DNA of 64,000 nt from an uncultured Gammaproteobacteria bacterium. GTDB lineage: Bacteria; Patescibacteriota; Patescibacteriia; UBA11705; JABHMO01. The position numbers and the translations under genes were made by a program. Below, in pieces: positions 1 through 9,935 of the stretch. The notes under the pieces are model-generated. The model had not been told where the DNA came from. It saw only the letters and a list, made by a program, of their open reading frames with translations, and made no database searches. Every line of letters begins with the position of its first letter. Position 1 is the first letter of the stretch. The stretch covers positions 275 through 64,274 of the forward strand of contig CAZMEQ010000005.1 of assembly GCA_964565345.1 (NCBI GenBank). Reading direction: 5' to 3'.

Positions 1-172
1 AAACTGGCAACAGTAAAGCGTTCCTGAACAAAACAACAAGGAAGTTATTATGGCACTATTAAGGTACAAGGAAACAAAACCAGGCAAAACCGCTTCCAAT
101 ATTAATAAAGTAAAATTCAGAACAAGTAATGTTTTAAATAATTCCTGATTAATTATTTTTATCAATAACATA

Positions 173-700
173 TTATCTATACAAATCAAATGACATTTTT
201 TTGATAATTACTTTTTTATCTAAATCTTTTACACCTGGAGCGCTGATAATGAAATTTATCTTCCGCATTTTTACGTATGCAGCCTCTAGTGGGAATGAAT
301 ACTCCGCAATCTGCCAATTATTTTCTTGATATATATCTGTTGGTTCTTTTAGCATATAATTCCAACCTTCACTCGTTTGCATCCCCATTTTAATTTGTAT
401 TTCCTGATCTCCTTGAAAATAAAGAGAAATTTTTACCAAATCAAAGTTACGAGTCATTAAAAGATCAAAATACAAAGGGTCTTCGTACATGGTTTGCACA
501 CACTCTTTATTCTGGCAGATTACTGGGGTGACCCTGGTATTTGGATTTAGGTTCGATATGTATTTATTTTTCGATAAGTTAAATTCAATATGTTGACTTC
601 CTAATGGAGAAAAATTTTGCCAAAGTAAAAAAAGAATAATAGCCGCAGCTAAGGACCAGAGCGAATATCTAATTACAAAAATTTGTTTAGTTGGATTCAT
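173..700 (-). CDS. hypothetical membrane-anchored protein
   Basis: ORF-track frame 173..721 begins with GTG; the first ATG (700) gives MNPTKQ followed by a hydrophobic signal-anchor helix (SLWSLAAAIILFLLW). No catalytic motif recognised. Confidence 0.4.
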   Translation of the reverse strand: MNPTKQIFVIRYSLWSLAAAIILFLLWQNFSPLGSQHIEFNLSKNKYISNLNPNTRVTPVICQNKECVQTMYEDPLYFDLLMTRNFDLVKISLYFQGDQEIQIKMGMQTSEGWNYMLKEPTDIYQENNWQIAEYSFPLEAAYVKMRKINFIISAPGVKDLDKKVIIKKMSFDLYR

Positions 701-2318
701 GGATTTGGTATATTTTTTCACCCTTATATACTTCGTCTACATAGTTTACCTGAAGCTTATAGCCAGACAATTTTTGTTGTAAGGTTTCAATATCAGCGGG
801 GGAGTCGGCACTATAATAAAAAACAGGCTTTAGTTTAACTAGTTTAGCTACCTCAGCATAAGCATCCCCGCCATAAATGCGTTTGTCGCCTAACGAATGA
901 ATCACTAAACGTTCCGGAAAAAAAATGCGATCGGCCCAATCGGGAATTATTATGATGCTGTCAGCAGGAGTTACTTTGCTGATCTTCTCTATACGTGGCT
1001 GAAAATCTTGAATATCCTGAGCAATTTTTAAAAAGCCTTCTTGTCTATTAAAAAAAACACTATTAGTTGAAAACACTATAAGAAAAACAAGAAAAATTGT
1101 AGCGGGGATAAAAGACAGTCTTTTGGATTTAATAAGTAATCTTGGTAACAGCTCAATAAGACTATAGGCCAAAAAAGGAGTTAAAAAGATAAAAATTGGT
1201 AACCAGTAACGCAAGTGTGGCGAGCCAATTAATATTGTGGGGTCACTCGGTTGTCCATACTCTCCCCAAGGCCAATATGACCCGTAACTAATAGTTAAGT
1301 AAACAGAAATAATGGCAGTAGCCAACATGTAAAATTTTTTAGCTTGTGATTCAATAATTGTGCGCATTGAAATAAAGCCCCAGATAGCCGGGAATAATAA
1401 AAACCACAAGTATTTTACAAAGTATTCCCAGACATGAAAAAGTATATTTTTAAGATTAAAACCAAGCGGAAAAACTACTTGCATTAGCAATGACTTTGTC
1501 GGCTGATTAGCGGCGCTATCGAGTGAAGCGTATCCGGACGTAAAAATATGTCCATATGTTTCAAAGTTAATTAAAAGAAGTAATCCCAGCATGGCAACAA
1601 AACCAATGCTAAACGTTAAAAATTGCCCCCAACTGATACTTTTACGATTAACAATACAAAAGATTAACAAGAGCAGGCAGACCCAAAAAAATTCCGAAGT
1701 TCTAACCCAAAGACTAGCCCCAAAGCACAGGGCCGAGACAACGTAAAGTGATATTAATTGTTTTTTATTGGCCCAGAGAAGCAAGAGCAATCCTAAAATC
1801 AAAAAAAGAATAAATAAGTTATTGTGTAGCATACTCTTGCCTGCCAGATACCAAAAAATCGGATTAAACAGAACGAGTAGACTTGACAGCAAAGCAATAC
1901 TTTTATTAAACAACTCTTTAATAAGAATAAACAAAAGATAAACGGTCACAAGTGAAAATAACGGTGTCAAAAAAATTATGCTACCCACACCCAATAATTT
2001 CCCAATTAATCCAAAGAGCAAGGGTAATCCCAAAAAACTCATCGGCACAAAATTACCACTCAAAACATTAACACTGCGTGGAAATATAACATTTTTAACC
2101 TCCTTATTTAATGGCACCTCAACAAGTAAGCTAGAATTCGTAATAAAGCTTTTTGTGAAAATAAAGTTAGCCGTCTCGTCGGGCGAGTAGAACTTGCAGC
2201 CAGCCTTGAAGGCAAGAAACGAATAGGGGATAGCCATTGCTAAAATAAAAAAAATCAGCAGCTTGTTTTGCCAATTCACCGATATAAAATTAATAAGACG
2301 TTTTAACGCTCTAGACAT
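687..2318 (-). CDS. GT-C family membrane glycosyltransferase (ArnT/PMT-like, GT39/GT83-type)
   Basis: 543 aa with more than 10 predicted TM helices; N-terminal periplasmic-loop acidic motif ...YSPDETANF... typical of ArnT/PMT GT-C enzymes; paralogous to 2367..4043. Confidence 0.65.
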   Translation of the reverse strand: MSRALKRLINFISVNWQNKLLIFFILAMAIPYSFLAFKAGCKFYSPDETANFIFTKSFITNSSLLVEVPLNKEVKNVIFPRSVNVLSGNFVPMSFLGLPLLFGLIGKLLGVGSIIFLTPLFSLVTVYLLFILIKELFNKSIALLSSLLVLFNPIFWYLAGKSMLHNNLFILFLILGLLLLLWANKKQLISLYVVSALCFGASLWVRTSEFFWVCLLLLIFCIVNRKSISWGQFLTFSIGFVAMLGLLLLINFETYGHIFTSGYASLDSAANQPTKSLLMQVVFPLGFNLKNILFHVWEYFVKYLWFLLFPAIWGFISMRTIIESQAKKFYMLATAIISVYLTISYGSYWPWGEYGQPSDPTILIGSPHLRYWLPIFIFLTPFLAYSLIELLPRLLIKSKRLSFIPATIFLVFLIVFSTNSVFFNRQEGFLKIAQDIQDFQPRIEKISKVTPADSIIIIPDWADRIFFPERLVIHSLGDKRIYGGDAYAEVAKLVKLKPVFYYSADSPADIETLQQKLSGYKLQVNYVDEVYKGEKIYQIHESN

Positions 2319-2366
2319 GCCTCTATTATTGCGAATTTAGCTAAATTTGTCTATACTAATAATGTT

Positions 2367-4043
2367 ATGTGGAAAAAATATCGAACATCCATAATGTTGG
2401 CAAGTGCGATAGTTGCTATTGTTATATTGGCCTTATTATATTCATGGTTTAATTGGTCTGTTTTAACACCGCTTTCGCATCAGTATTCATACCAATATAT
2501 TTTTAATTGGCCAGATGCTATGGCTAATTATTTTTTTATCGAAAACTTTGACTCGACCGGTTCTTTTTCTCTAAATGAACCCCTAAACAATGTTTTAAAC
2601 GATATAGTGCGACCGCGTAGCACTAATATATTTGATCATAATATAGTTCCAGCGGGCTTTCTCGGTTTTATCATCCTCTATGGTTGGCTAGGCAAACTAC
2701 TCCCAAATTTTACAATCATCTATTTAACCTCACTAATCGCTGCTGGTGGAATTTATATTTTTTATTTTATTATCAAAAATATTTTCAATAAAAGGATAGC
2801 TCTTATCAGCGCTTTAATTACTGCAACTCTGCCAGCTTACATATTTTTTGCCAATCAAACACTTTTAGCCACCATTCCTTTTTTGGTGTCTTTTTTATCT
2901 GGTTTTGCCTTATGGATCAAATCAGCCAGTTGTCAAACAAAAGAAAAATTTTTGCTAATCGGTGGTTCAGGCCTCATGTTTGGTATAGCTGTAATTATTA
3001 GATATCAGGAAATCACTTGGATTTTAGGCTCAATTTTAATCATTGCTCTTTTTAAACGAAAAAAGATTAGCTATAAACAAATATTATGGTTTAGTTTTGG
3101 TTTTATTGTCCCAGTATTATTAATATTTTTTTACAACAAACAAATATACGGGCACATATTTACGGTCGGCTATTTACGCATGAATAATTTAGATGCTCCA
3201 ATCACCGAGAGATTACCTGGAGAAATAATATCAGGGGCAGGGAATAACATTTTAAATTATCTTAAATTAATATTTATCCCATTTGGGTTTTCGGCAGCAA
3301 ACATTTATCACAATTTTGTTCGTTACATTTGGCAACCATATAGTTATTTAATCGTATTCATAATTTTAGGCGCTATGCTTTGGATAAAAAATTGTACCAA
3401 AGCGTCAATTAATCAATTAATATACTTGATAACCTCGTGTTTCCTAAGCATAATTTTATGCATATATTATGGTAGTTGGATTTTTGTTGACAAGATGGTC
3501 CTCCAAAATAATGTTCTAAGTAGCTCTTACACCCGCTATTGGCTACTAATTATTATTGTTTTTATTCCTTTGGCCGCCTATACTTTCAACTTTTTACTTG
3601 AAAAGAGAAATAAATTTACCAAGTATAATTACTTTATAGTTTTTATTACAATCCCAATTTTAGTCTATCTTTCCTTAATTCAAGCTTTTTACGCTCCCGA
3701 AGATGGACTTCTTGCTCAAAAGCAAGCAACATTAGAATATTATGTTCGCGCTGATAAAGTTAGGGCCTTAATTGACATTAACTCCGTACTTATTGTAGAA
3801 CGTGAGGATAAACTTTTTTTTCCTTACTACAAGGTCATTACCTTCGAACAAAATTATAAAATATTTGAAAAACTATCTTCTACTATTGAGAATCAATCCA
3901 TCTATTACCTTAGCGTTGCAACAGACAATGATATTGATTTCGTAAACACTAACAAGCTTAAAGAATACAAGTTAACTTTATCTTTGGAAAAAAACATTGA
4001 TGACAAATTTAGGTTATTTAAGTTGAAAAAAATTGGGGATTAA
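2367..4043 (+). CDS. GT-C family membrane glycosyltransferase (paralog of 687..2318)
   Basis: 558 aa polytopic protein; N-terminal block NWPDAMANYFF...RPRSTNIF...PAGFLGF aligns with FYSPDETANFIF...FPRSVNVL...PMSFLGL of the divergently transcribed neighbour; ATG with 48-bp shared upstream region. Confidence 0.65.
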   Translation: MWKKYRTSIMLASAIVAIVILALLYSWFNWSVLTPLSHQYSYQYIFNWPDAMANYFFIENFDSTGSFSLNEPLNNVLNDIVRPRSTNIFDHNIVPAGFLGFIILYGWLGKLLPNFTIIYLTSLIAAGGIYIFYFIIKNIFNKRIALISALITATLPAYIFFANQTLLATIPFLVSFLSGFALWIKSASCQTKEKFLLIGGSGLMFGIAVIIRYQEITWILGSILIIALFKRKKISYKQILWFSFGFIVPVLLIFFYNKQIYGHIFTVGYLRMNNLDAPITERLPGEIISGAGNNILNYLKLIFIPFGFSAANIYHNFVRYIWQPYSYLIVFIILGAMLWIKNCTKASINQLIYLITSCFLSIILCIYYGSWIFVDKMVLQNNVLSSSYTRYWLLIIIVFIPLAAYTFNFLLEKRNKFTKYNYFIVFITIPILVYLSLIQAFYAPEDGLLAQKQATLEYYVRADKVRALIDINSVLIVEREDKLFFPYYKVITFEQNYKIFEKLSSTIENQSIYYLSVATDNDIDFVNTNKLKEYKLTLSLEKNIDDKFRLFKLKKIGD

Positions 4044-4103
4044 TATTTGCAAAATTAGCAAAAAATTGCTATCTTTAGCATATAAAAACATAAATTTATA
4101 ATT

Positions 4104-5108
4104 ATGAGCGAAAACAAAAACGTTTTAGTAATTGGTGGTGCTGGTTTTATTGGTTCTCTATTATGCGAACGACTAGTGTCAAAATGCAACGTAATTTGTT
4201 TGGATAATTTCTCAAGCAGTGCCGAAAAAAACATTAACCATTTACTTCGCTTGCCGAGATTTGAATTTATTAATCATGATATTTCAACGCCAATTGATCT
4301 TGAAAAAGTCTCCGATTTAACAAAATTCAAAATAAACGTATTTGGCATTTCGGAAATTTATAATTTGGCTTGTCCAACATCTGTTAAAAATTTTGAAAAA
4401 CTTCGTATTAAAACGGTAGAAGCTAGCACTAAGGGCTTGATAAATGCCTTAGAATTAGCCTTAAAATACAAAGCCAAGTTTATGCAATTCTCGTCTTCAG
4501 TTGTTTACGGAGAAACGCCTCGTGACGAATTTATAACAGAAGATTATCGTGGCGTTTACGACATGATGGACCCTCGCGCCTGTTATGACGAAGGTAAACG
4601 CTATGGAGAGTCAGTTGTTGATACTTACCGCCTCGTTCACGGTTTAGATACAAAAATTGTGCGTATCTTTAGAACCTATGGACCAAGAATGCTCCTTGAT
4701 GATGGCCAAATGATGCCCGACTTTATATTAGCGGCGCTTGAAAATAAAGATTTAATTATTTATGGGCACGAAGACTTTAGAACTTCTCTTTGCTATGTCA
4801 GCGATGTTGTGGAGGGCTGTATCAAAATTATGGATTCAAATATAAATCAGCCCGTTAATTTAGGAAACACAGAAGTTTTTAAACTTGCTGACGTAGCCCA
4901 AAAAATAATCGAATTAACCGGATCAACAGGTAAAGTACGTTTCGAAACCGCAAAATTATTTATGCGGGAATTAGCCTTACCAGATATTACCTTTGCCAAG
5001 GATAATTTTGGTTGGTTCCCAATTGTTACCCCAGAAGAAGGGTTACAAAAAACCATCGATTTTACCCGGGCACACAAAGATCTGCTGTCGTTCAGTACAG
5101 AAGTTTAA
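4104..5108 (+). CDS. NAD-dependent epimerase/dehydratase, UDP-glucuronate decarboxylase (UXS/ArnA C-domain)-like
   Basis: N-terminal Rossmann motif VLVIGGAGFIGS; catalytic Y-x3-K in YDEGKRYGE; 334 aa typical of UXS-type SDRs. Confidence 0.7.
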   Translation: MSENKNVLVIGGAGFIGSLLCERLVSKCNVICLDNFSSSAEKNINHLLRLPRFEFINHDISTPIDLEKVSDLTKFKINVFGISEIYNLACPTSVKNFEKLRIKTVEASTKGLINALELALKYKAKFMQFSSSVVYGETPRDEFITEDYRGVYDMMDPRACYDEGKRYGESVVDTYRLVHGLDTKIVRIFRTYGPRMLLDDGQMMPDFILAALENKDLIIYGHEDFRTSLCYVSDVVEGCIKIMDSNINQPVNLGNTEVFKLADVAQKIIELTGSTGKVRFETAKLFMRELALPDITFAKDNFGWFPIVTPEEGLQKTIDFTRAHKDLLSFSTEV

Positions 5109-5170
5109 TTTTTTTGTAAATCAATTTTTATATATAATTTACTCTGTGGGAGGCAGGAGTATATTTTGTT

Positions 5171-5833
5171 ATGAATATAAGCATAGTTGTTCCAGCATAT
5201 AATGAGGGAGAACGTCTAAAAAAGACACTGGCTGATTTGGCCGCCACTGGCCTTAACATTATTGTTGTTAATGACGGCTCCACAGACAATACAGACGAAA
5301 TTGCCCAAGAATATCCAATCCATTATATTTCCCACCCTGTTAACTGCGGCCAGGGTGCAGCCCTAAAAACAGGTACCGAATATGCCACTCAACTCGGAAG
5401 CGATATTATTGCTCATTTTGATGCAGACGGCCAACATCGAATCGAAGATTTATTAAAGCTTATCGACACCCTTAAGGAAGATAAATTTGATATTGTTTTA
5501 GGTTCAAGATTTATTGAAAAAAACACCGAATTTCCTATGTCAAAAAAAGTGATTTTAAATATAGCTAAAATTTTTACACGCACCTTAGTCGGTCTCGATT
5601 TTACAGATCCCCAAAGCGGATTGCGTGCCTTTAAGACCAAAATTCTGGAACAACTCGACTGGCATAAAACTGATTTTTTGCATTGCACAGAAATATTATC
5701 GCTGATTGCTAAAAATAAACTCCGACACAAAGAAATTCCCATAATTGTAAAATATGACAATGGACTTAAAAAAGAAGTCCATCCAAAAGTTAGTATGGGC
5801 TTTAGAATTTTATTTCATAAACTAATGGATTAG
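5171..5833 (+). CDS. GT2 polyprenyl-phosphate glycosyltransferase (DPM-synthase/ArnC/GtrB-like catalytic domain)
   Basis: MNISIVVPAYNEGERL...VVNDGSTDNTDEIA...DADGQH: classic GT2 DxD/DAD architecture; 220 aa soluble domain. Confidence 0.7.
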   Translation: MNISIVVPAYNEGERLKKTLADLAATGLNIIVVNDGSTDNTDEIAQEYPIHYISHPVNCGQGAALKTGTEYATQLGSDIIAHFDADGQHRIEDLLKLIDTLKEDKFDIVLGSRFIEKNTEFPMSKKVILNIAKIFTRTLVGLDFTDPQSGLRAFKTKILEQLDWHKTDFLHCTEILSLIAKNKLRHKEIPIIVKYDNGLKKEVHPKVSMGFRILFHKLMD

Positions 5834-5834
5834 T

Positions 5835-6170
5835 ATGACTCTTTTTCAGATTTTAATAGTTCTATTCATTGCTACGGTATTGTACAAAGCCATTAAGCGT
5901 TTTGCCAAAAAAGAAATTTCTCTCTGGCTTTTAGTCTTATGGGGTATTTTTTGGATCGGTCTTGGAATCATTGCGCTTTTTCCAATAATAATAGAGCAGT
6001 TGGCCCTGTTGGTGGGCGTGGGACGAGGTGTTGACTTGGTAATTTATTTAGCACTTTTCTCCTGTTTTTATATCTTATTCAAACTAATGATAAAACAACA
6101 AAAATTAGAAAAGGACTTTGTAACACTAGTCAGAAAGATTGCGATCGATAAAGCTAAAATCAAAAAATAG
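5835..6170 (+). CDS. small 3-TM membrane protein (DUF2304/GtrA-like partner of GT2)
   Basis: 111 aa with three hydrophobic helices and a basic C-tail; begins 1 nt after the GT2 stop, as in GT2 plus small-membrane-protein pairs. Confidence 0.45.
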   Translation: MTLFQILIVLFIATVLYKAIKRFAKKEISLWLLVLWGIFWIGLGIIALFPIIIEQLALLVGVGRGVDLVIYLALFSCFYILFKLMIKQQKLEKDFVTLVRKIAIDKAKIKK

Positions 6171-6171
6171 T

Positions 6172-7233
6172 ATGAAAAAAGTCGGATTAGTTTTAATAAA
6201 CTATAAAGATTATGCTGAAAGGTTTTTAGCGGAATGTTGGACCGGGCTAATGTCCCAGACATACCCAAAGGAACTAACGAGTGTTTATATTGTTGATAAT
6301 GCCGCCACCGAAGAATCATTGAATTATTTAAAAAACAACTACAGCCGAGCAACAATAATAGGGCGGCCAGACGGTAATTATGCCGCAGGGAATAATGCTG
6401 GCATTGAACAAGCACGTAAAGATGGCTGTGAATACTTTGTTATAGTTAACATGGACACGGCTTTTGAACCGAACTGGCTTATCGAACTTGTAAAAGCGCT
6501 TGAATCAGACCCCAGCATTGGCATTGCGCAATCAAAAATACTACTCTACGAAAAAGACAAGCAAGGCAATCGTTTAATTAATTCCCTAGGCAATAGTTTC
6601 CATTATTTAGGCTTTGGCTATACTAATGGATATCGCCAAAAGGATTATAGTGAGTCTGTTACTATTTCAGAAATTCCAGGCTATGCTAGTGGCTGTTCTT
6701 TGATAGTAAAAAAAGAAGTACTTGACAAGATAGGCCCTTATGATGAAGAATACTACATGTATCATGATGATTTGGAGTTGTCTTGGAGAGCTAAACTGGC
6801 TGGATATAGGCTTGTTTTGGCTCACAAATCAATAATCTATCATAAGTACGAATTCAAGCGTAGCGTCAGAATGCTCTATTATCTCGAAAGGAACAGATTT
6901 TTGGCTATTTTTACATACTATGAAGTAAAAACGCTCCTATTAGTACTCCCAGCACTCCTTTTTTTAGAAGGCGGCATGTGGCTCTATGCTGGCGTAAAAG
7001 GCTGGTTTAGAACAAAGGTTAAAGTCGCATTCTACTTTTTACAACCCAAAACCTGGATCTACCTTAGTCGAGCGCGTCAAAAAGTAAAAAAAATACGCAC
7101 AGAAAAAGACAAAAAAATTATTTATACTTTCAGTGGCCAAATAAATTTTCAAGAAATAGATAATTTTTTACTCAAACATTTTGGCAATCCACTTTTAAAC
7201 GCTTATTTCAAATTAATTAAAAAGATAATATAA
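6172..7233 (+). CDS. glycosyltransferase family 2
   Basis: VGLVLINYKDYAERFLAECW...YIVDNAATEESL; GT2 fold. ORF-track frame starts at TTG 6139; the first ATG is 6172, immediately after the upstream stop. Confidence 0.7.
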   Translation: MKKVGLVLINYKDYAERFLAECWTGLMSQTYPKELTSVYIVDNAATEESLNYLKNNYSRATIIGRPDGNYAAGNNAGIEQARKDGCEYFVIVNMDTAFEPNWLIELVKALESDPSIGIAQSKILLYEKDKQGNRLINSLGNSFHYLGFGYTNGYRQKDYSESVTISEIPGYASGCSLIVKKEVLDKIGPYDEEYYMYHDDLELSWRAKLAGYRLVLAHKSIIYHKYEFKRSVRMLYYLERNRFLAIFTYYEVKTLLLVLPALLFLEGGMWLYAGVKGWFRTKVKVAFYFLQPKTWIYLSRARQKVKKIRTEKDKKIIYTFSGQINFQEIDNFLLKHFGNPLLNAYFKLIKKII

Positions 7234-7240
7234 ACATATT

Positions 7241-7801
7241 ATGTCAAAAAAACTGATTGGAATTATGGTGGTTGTTATTCTCTTGTGTGTTTTAGGTTAT
7301 GTAAAAATAATTTATCCAAGCTCTCAAACGCAAATTAAAATGGCCATAAAAGATATGGCGGCAACACCAATAAATCAGTACTTTGATACTGTTGATAAAA
7401 AATGCGGCATTTGGTACGAGAGCAAAAATCCAAGTGCCAAGTTTACTTCAGGCAAAGATAACGGCGAAGTTATGAATTGTTTTACTGAGGCCTTTGATAA
7501 ATGCTTGAATAAAACTGTTTTAATTGTCAAAGATAATTATTCGGCCAATGAGAATAATATAATTTATGCCATGCTCCGCATTATAAAGGCAAATGATCAA
7601 AATGACTGCATAGTGCAAAATAGCTATGAAGAATATAGCTTTTCTCAGCCCCTGGAAAATCAAATACCGATCAATTATTTAAACACCTGTACCAAATTAG
7701 ACGAAACACTAGAAAAAAGCTGTCGCCCAGCATATCTCGATAGCCTAGACTTACTTCAAAACAAAACAGAATCATCCGAAATCAAAATAGAAACAAATTA
7801 A
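7241..7801 (+). CDS. hypothetical membrane-anchored Cys-rich extracytoplasmic protein
   Basis: N-terminal TM anchor LIGIMVVVILLCVLGYV; six additional Cys; no enzymatic motif. Confidence 0.4.
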   Translation: MSKKLIGIMVVVILLCVLGYVKIIYPSSQTQIKMAIKDMAATPINQYFDTVDKKCGIWYESKNPSAKFTSGKDNGEVMNCFTEAFDKCLNKTVLIVKDNYSANENNIIYAMLRIIKANDQNDCIVQNSYEEYSFSQPLENQIPINYLNTCTKLDETLEKSCRPAYLDSLDLLQNKTESSEIKIETN

Positions 7802-8949
7802 TGACGCACCCAATAAAACTAGCGCATCTTGTTTGTGTCTTGCCGCCTTATGGTGGAGGCCTGGGCGTAGCTGCACATAATCAAGCTGAATTAATGGTTG
7901 AGGCTGGTTTTGATGTAACCGTTATTGCCCCAGAACAAAGCGAAACAAATAAAGTGACACGTAAATATAAAATTGACCCCGTCAGGTCAATTTTTCAATT
8001 AGGGCACGGTTTAATTGCACCGACGCTGTATCAAAAACTATTTAGCTACGATATAGTTCACCTACATTTCCCATTTTTTGGTGCTATTTTTCCAGCCATA
8101 AGAGCTAAAATTAAAAGAGGAGACAAACTAAAATTAGTTGTAACATATCATCAAGATTTAATTTTAGCCGGCTGGAAATCGCTTTACTATAAATTAGTTA
8201 TGTACTTTTTAACTCCGATATTACTACGTTTAGCCGATAAAATTGTTGTTTCGACTTTTGATTATGTCCGAAGCTCCTTTATCAAAAATTATTTTCAGGC
8301 TAACGAAAAAAAATTTGCGGAAATTTCATTTAGCGTTTCGGAGCAATTTACACCAAACACAAAAAATGAAAAATTGTTGCAAAAGCACAAATTAAAACCT
8401 GATGATTTTATTGTCTTATTTGTCGGGGGACTTGATTGGGCACATTATTTTAAGGGCGTCGACAATCTAATAGAGGCTTTTACACAAATTCAAGAACCTT
8501 TAATAAAAGCACTTATAGTTGGTTCTGGCAATTTAAAAAGCACTTATGAAAAGCAGGTCGAGGAAGCACGACTCGAAGAAAAAGTTCTTTTTACTGGTTA
8601 TGTACCCGACGAACTCCTACCTGAATATTATAATTTGGCTGATGTTGTAATCCTCCCTTCTGTAGAACGCAATGAAGCTTTTGGTATAGTACTAATAGAG
8701 GCCATGGCCTGTGGCAAACCAATCCTCGCATCCGATCTGCCAGGCGTTCGTACTGTTGTTGAAGATGGGGCAAATGGTTTAGTCTTACAGCCACGTAGCG
8801 TGAATGATATCATTGAAAAAATATTAATGATTTATAACAACACAACATTAAAACAAACACTTTCATTAAACGCCCAACAGACTGTGGCAAAAAAATATAG
8901 ACCTCTAATTATAAAAAATAAACTCCAAAATTTATATAACAATCTATAA
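7801..8949 (+). CDS. glycosyltransferase family 4 (GT-B, group 1)
   Basis: C-terminal EAMACGKPILASDLPGVRTVVEDGANGLV motif typical of GT4. Confidence 0.75.
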   Translation: MTHPIKLAHLVCVLPPYGGGLGVAAHNQAELMVEAGFDVTVIAPEQSETNKVTRKYKIDPVRSIFQLGHGLIAPTLYQKLFSYDIVHLHFPFFGAIFPAIRAKIKRGDKLKLVVTYHQDLILAGWKSLYYKLVMYFLTPILLRLADKIVVSTFDYVRSSFIKNYFQANEKKFAEISFSVSEQFTPNTKNEKLLQKHKLKPDDFIVLFVGGLDWAHYFKGVDNLIEAFTQIQEPLIKALIVGSGNLKSTYEKQVEEARLEEKVLFTGYVPDELLPEYYNLADVVILPSVERNEAFGIVLIEAMACGKPILASDLPGVRTVVEDGANGLVLQPRSVNDIIEKILMIYNNTTLKQTLSLNAQQTVAKKYRPLIIKNKLQNLYNNL

Positions 8950-8953
8950 CAAT

Positions 8954-9934
8954 ATGATAAAAATGTTAACAGAATTTATCAGAAGACTCCTATACATAGT
9001 TCCTGGCTCACCCGCCAATGTCCAAATAGCGATAACAAATAAATGCAATTTTAACTGCAAGATGTGTCAACGCTTTGATTTAAAAGTCCGCTTAGGAGAT
9101 ATGACTGTGGCTGATTTTAAAAAAGTTATCAAGCATTTAGGAACAGCCAAAAACATTGTTCTAACCGGCTGGGGAGAACCCCTTTTACACCCCAACTTAA
9201 TCGAAATGATACAACTCTGTAAAGAAAAAGACTGCGATGTAAGATTTACTTCCAACGGCAATTTATTAACAGCCGAAATGGGACAAAAATTAATAGATGC
9301 CGGTTTAAATGCAATTACTTTTTCAGTTGATGCTGTTAAAAGTTCAGATGATGAATTTGGCCACCCCATACAAGAACAGTTAAATAATATTCGAAATTTT
9401 GTGAGGCTGGTCAAAAATCAAAAGGCATCAGTAGAAATATATTTTCAATCAACCTATCACAAAAACAAGGAGCAAGATTTATATGATGTTACTGAATTGG
9501 GTAAGGAAATTGGAGTCAATCGTTTGCGCTTTTCGAGACTTGACGTCCGCTTCCAAAAATTTGAACGCCCTTCTTTCAAAGACGAAAAACAATTAATAAA
9601 AAACATTGAATCAAGAGTTAAAGGGACCGGGATTGGTATTGATTTTTTACCTCACGTGGCTTCTGACGGAATTACAAAACTTGCCTTTAAACTCACCGCA
9701 CCGTTTTTACATCGTTTTGGCAAATATTGTTTACGAACCTATAACGACATTTATATTAACGAGGATGGCAAGGCAACTCCTTGTTGTGCTTTACCGAATT
9801 TAGTCATGGGTGATGCCAAAGAAGATACCCTAGACAACATTTGGAATGGCGTAAACTTCCGTCGATTTCGCAAAAAACAAAATATTGCCTGCGGCGAATG
9901 TGATGTTTTAAAAATTCGTACTTTTAATAAATAA
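8954..9934 (+). CDS. radical SAM protein with C-terminal SPASM-like Cys cluster
   Basis: CNFNCKMC (CxxxCxxC) plus GWGEPLL glycine-rich SAM motif; C-terminal CC...CGEC cysteines. Confidence 0.75.
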   Translation: MIKMLTEFIRRLLYIVPGSPANVQIAITNKCNFNCKMCQRFDLKVRLGDMTVADFKKVIKHLGTAKNIVLTGWGEPLLHPNLIEMIQLCKEKDCDVRFTSNGNLLTAEMGQKLIDAGLNAITFSVDAVKSSDDEFGHPIQEQLNNIRNFVRLVKNQKASVEIYFQSTYHKNKEQDLYDVTELGKEIGVNRLRFSRLDVRFQKFERPSFKDEKQLIKNIESRVKGTGIGIDFLPHVASDGITKLAFKLTAPFLHRFGKYCLRTYNDIYINEDGKATPCCALPNLVMGDAKEDTLDNIWNGVNFRRFRKKQNIACGECDVLKIRTFNK

Positions 9935-9935
9935 A

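Noticed and set aside
1978-2190. Small antisense ORFs inside native genes (for example 1978..2190, 4847..5077, 5413..5760, 6068..6415, 9067..9414, 24653..24871, 28747..28977, 47439..47738)
   Set aside because: All lie entirely within longer well-supported genes on the opposite strand or another frame, with no start context or conserved motifs; these are chance ORFs in AT-rich DNA.
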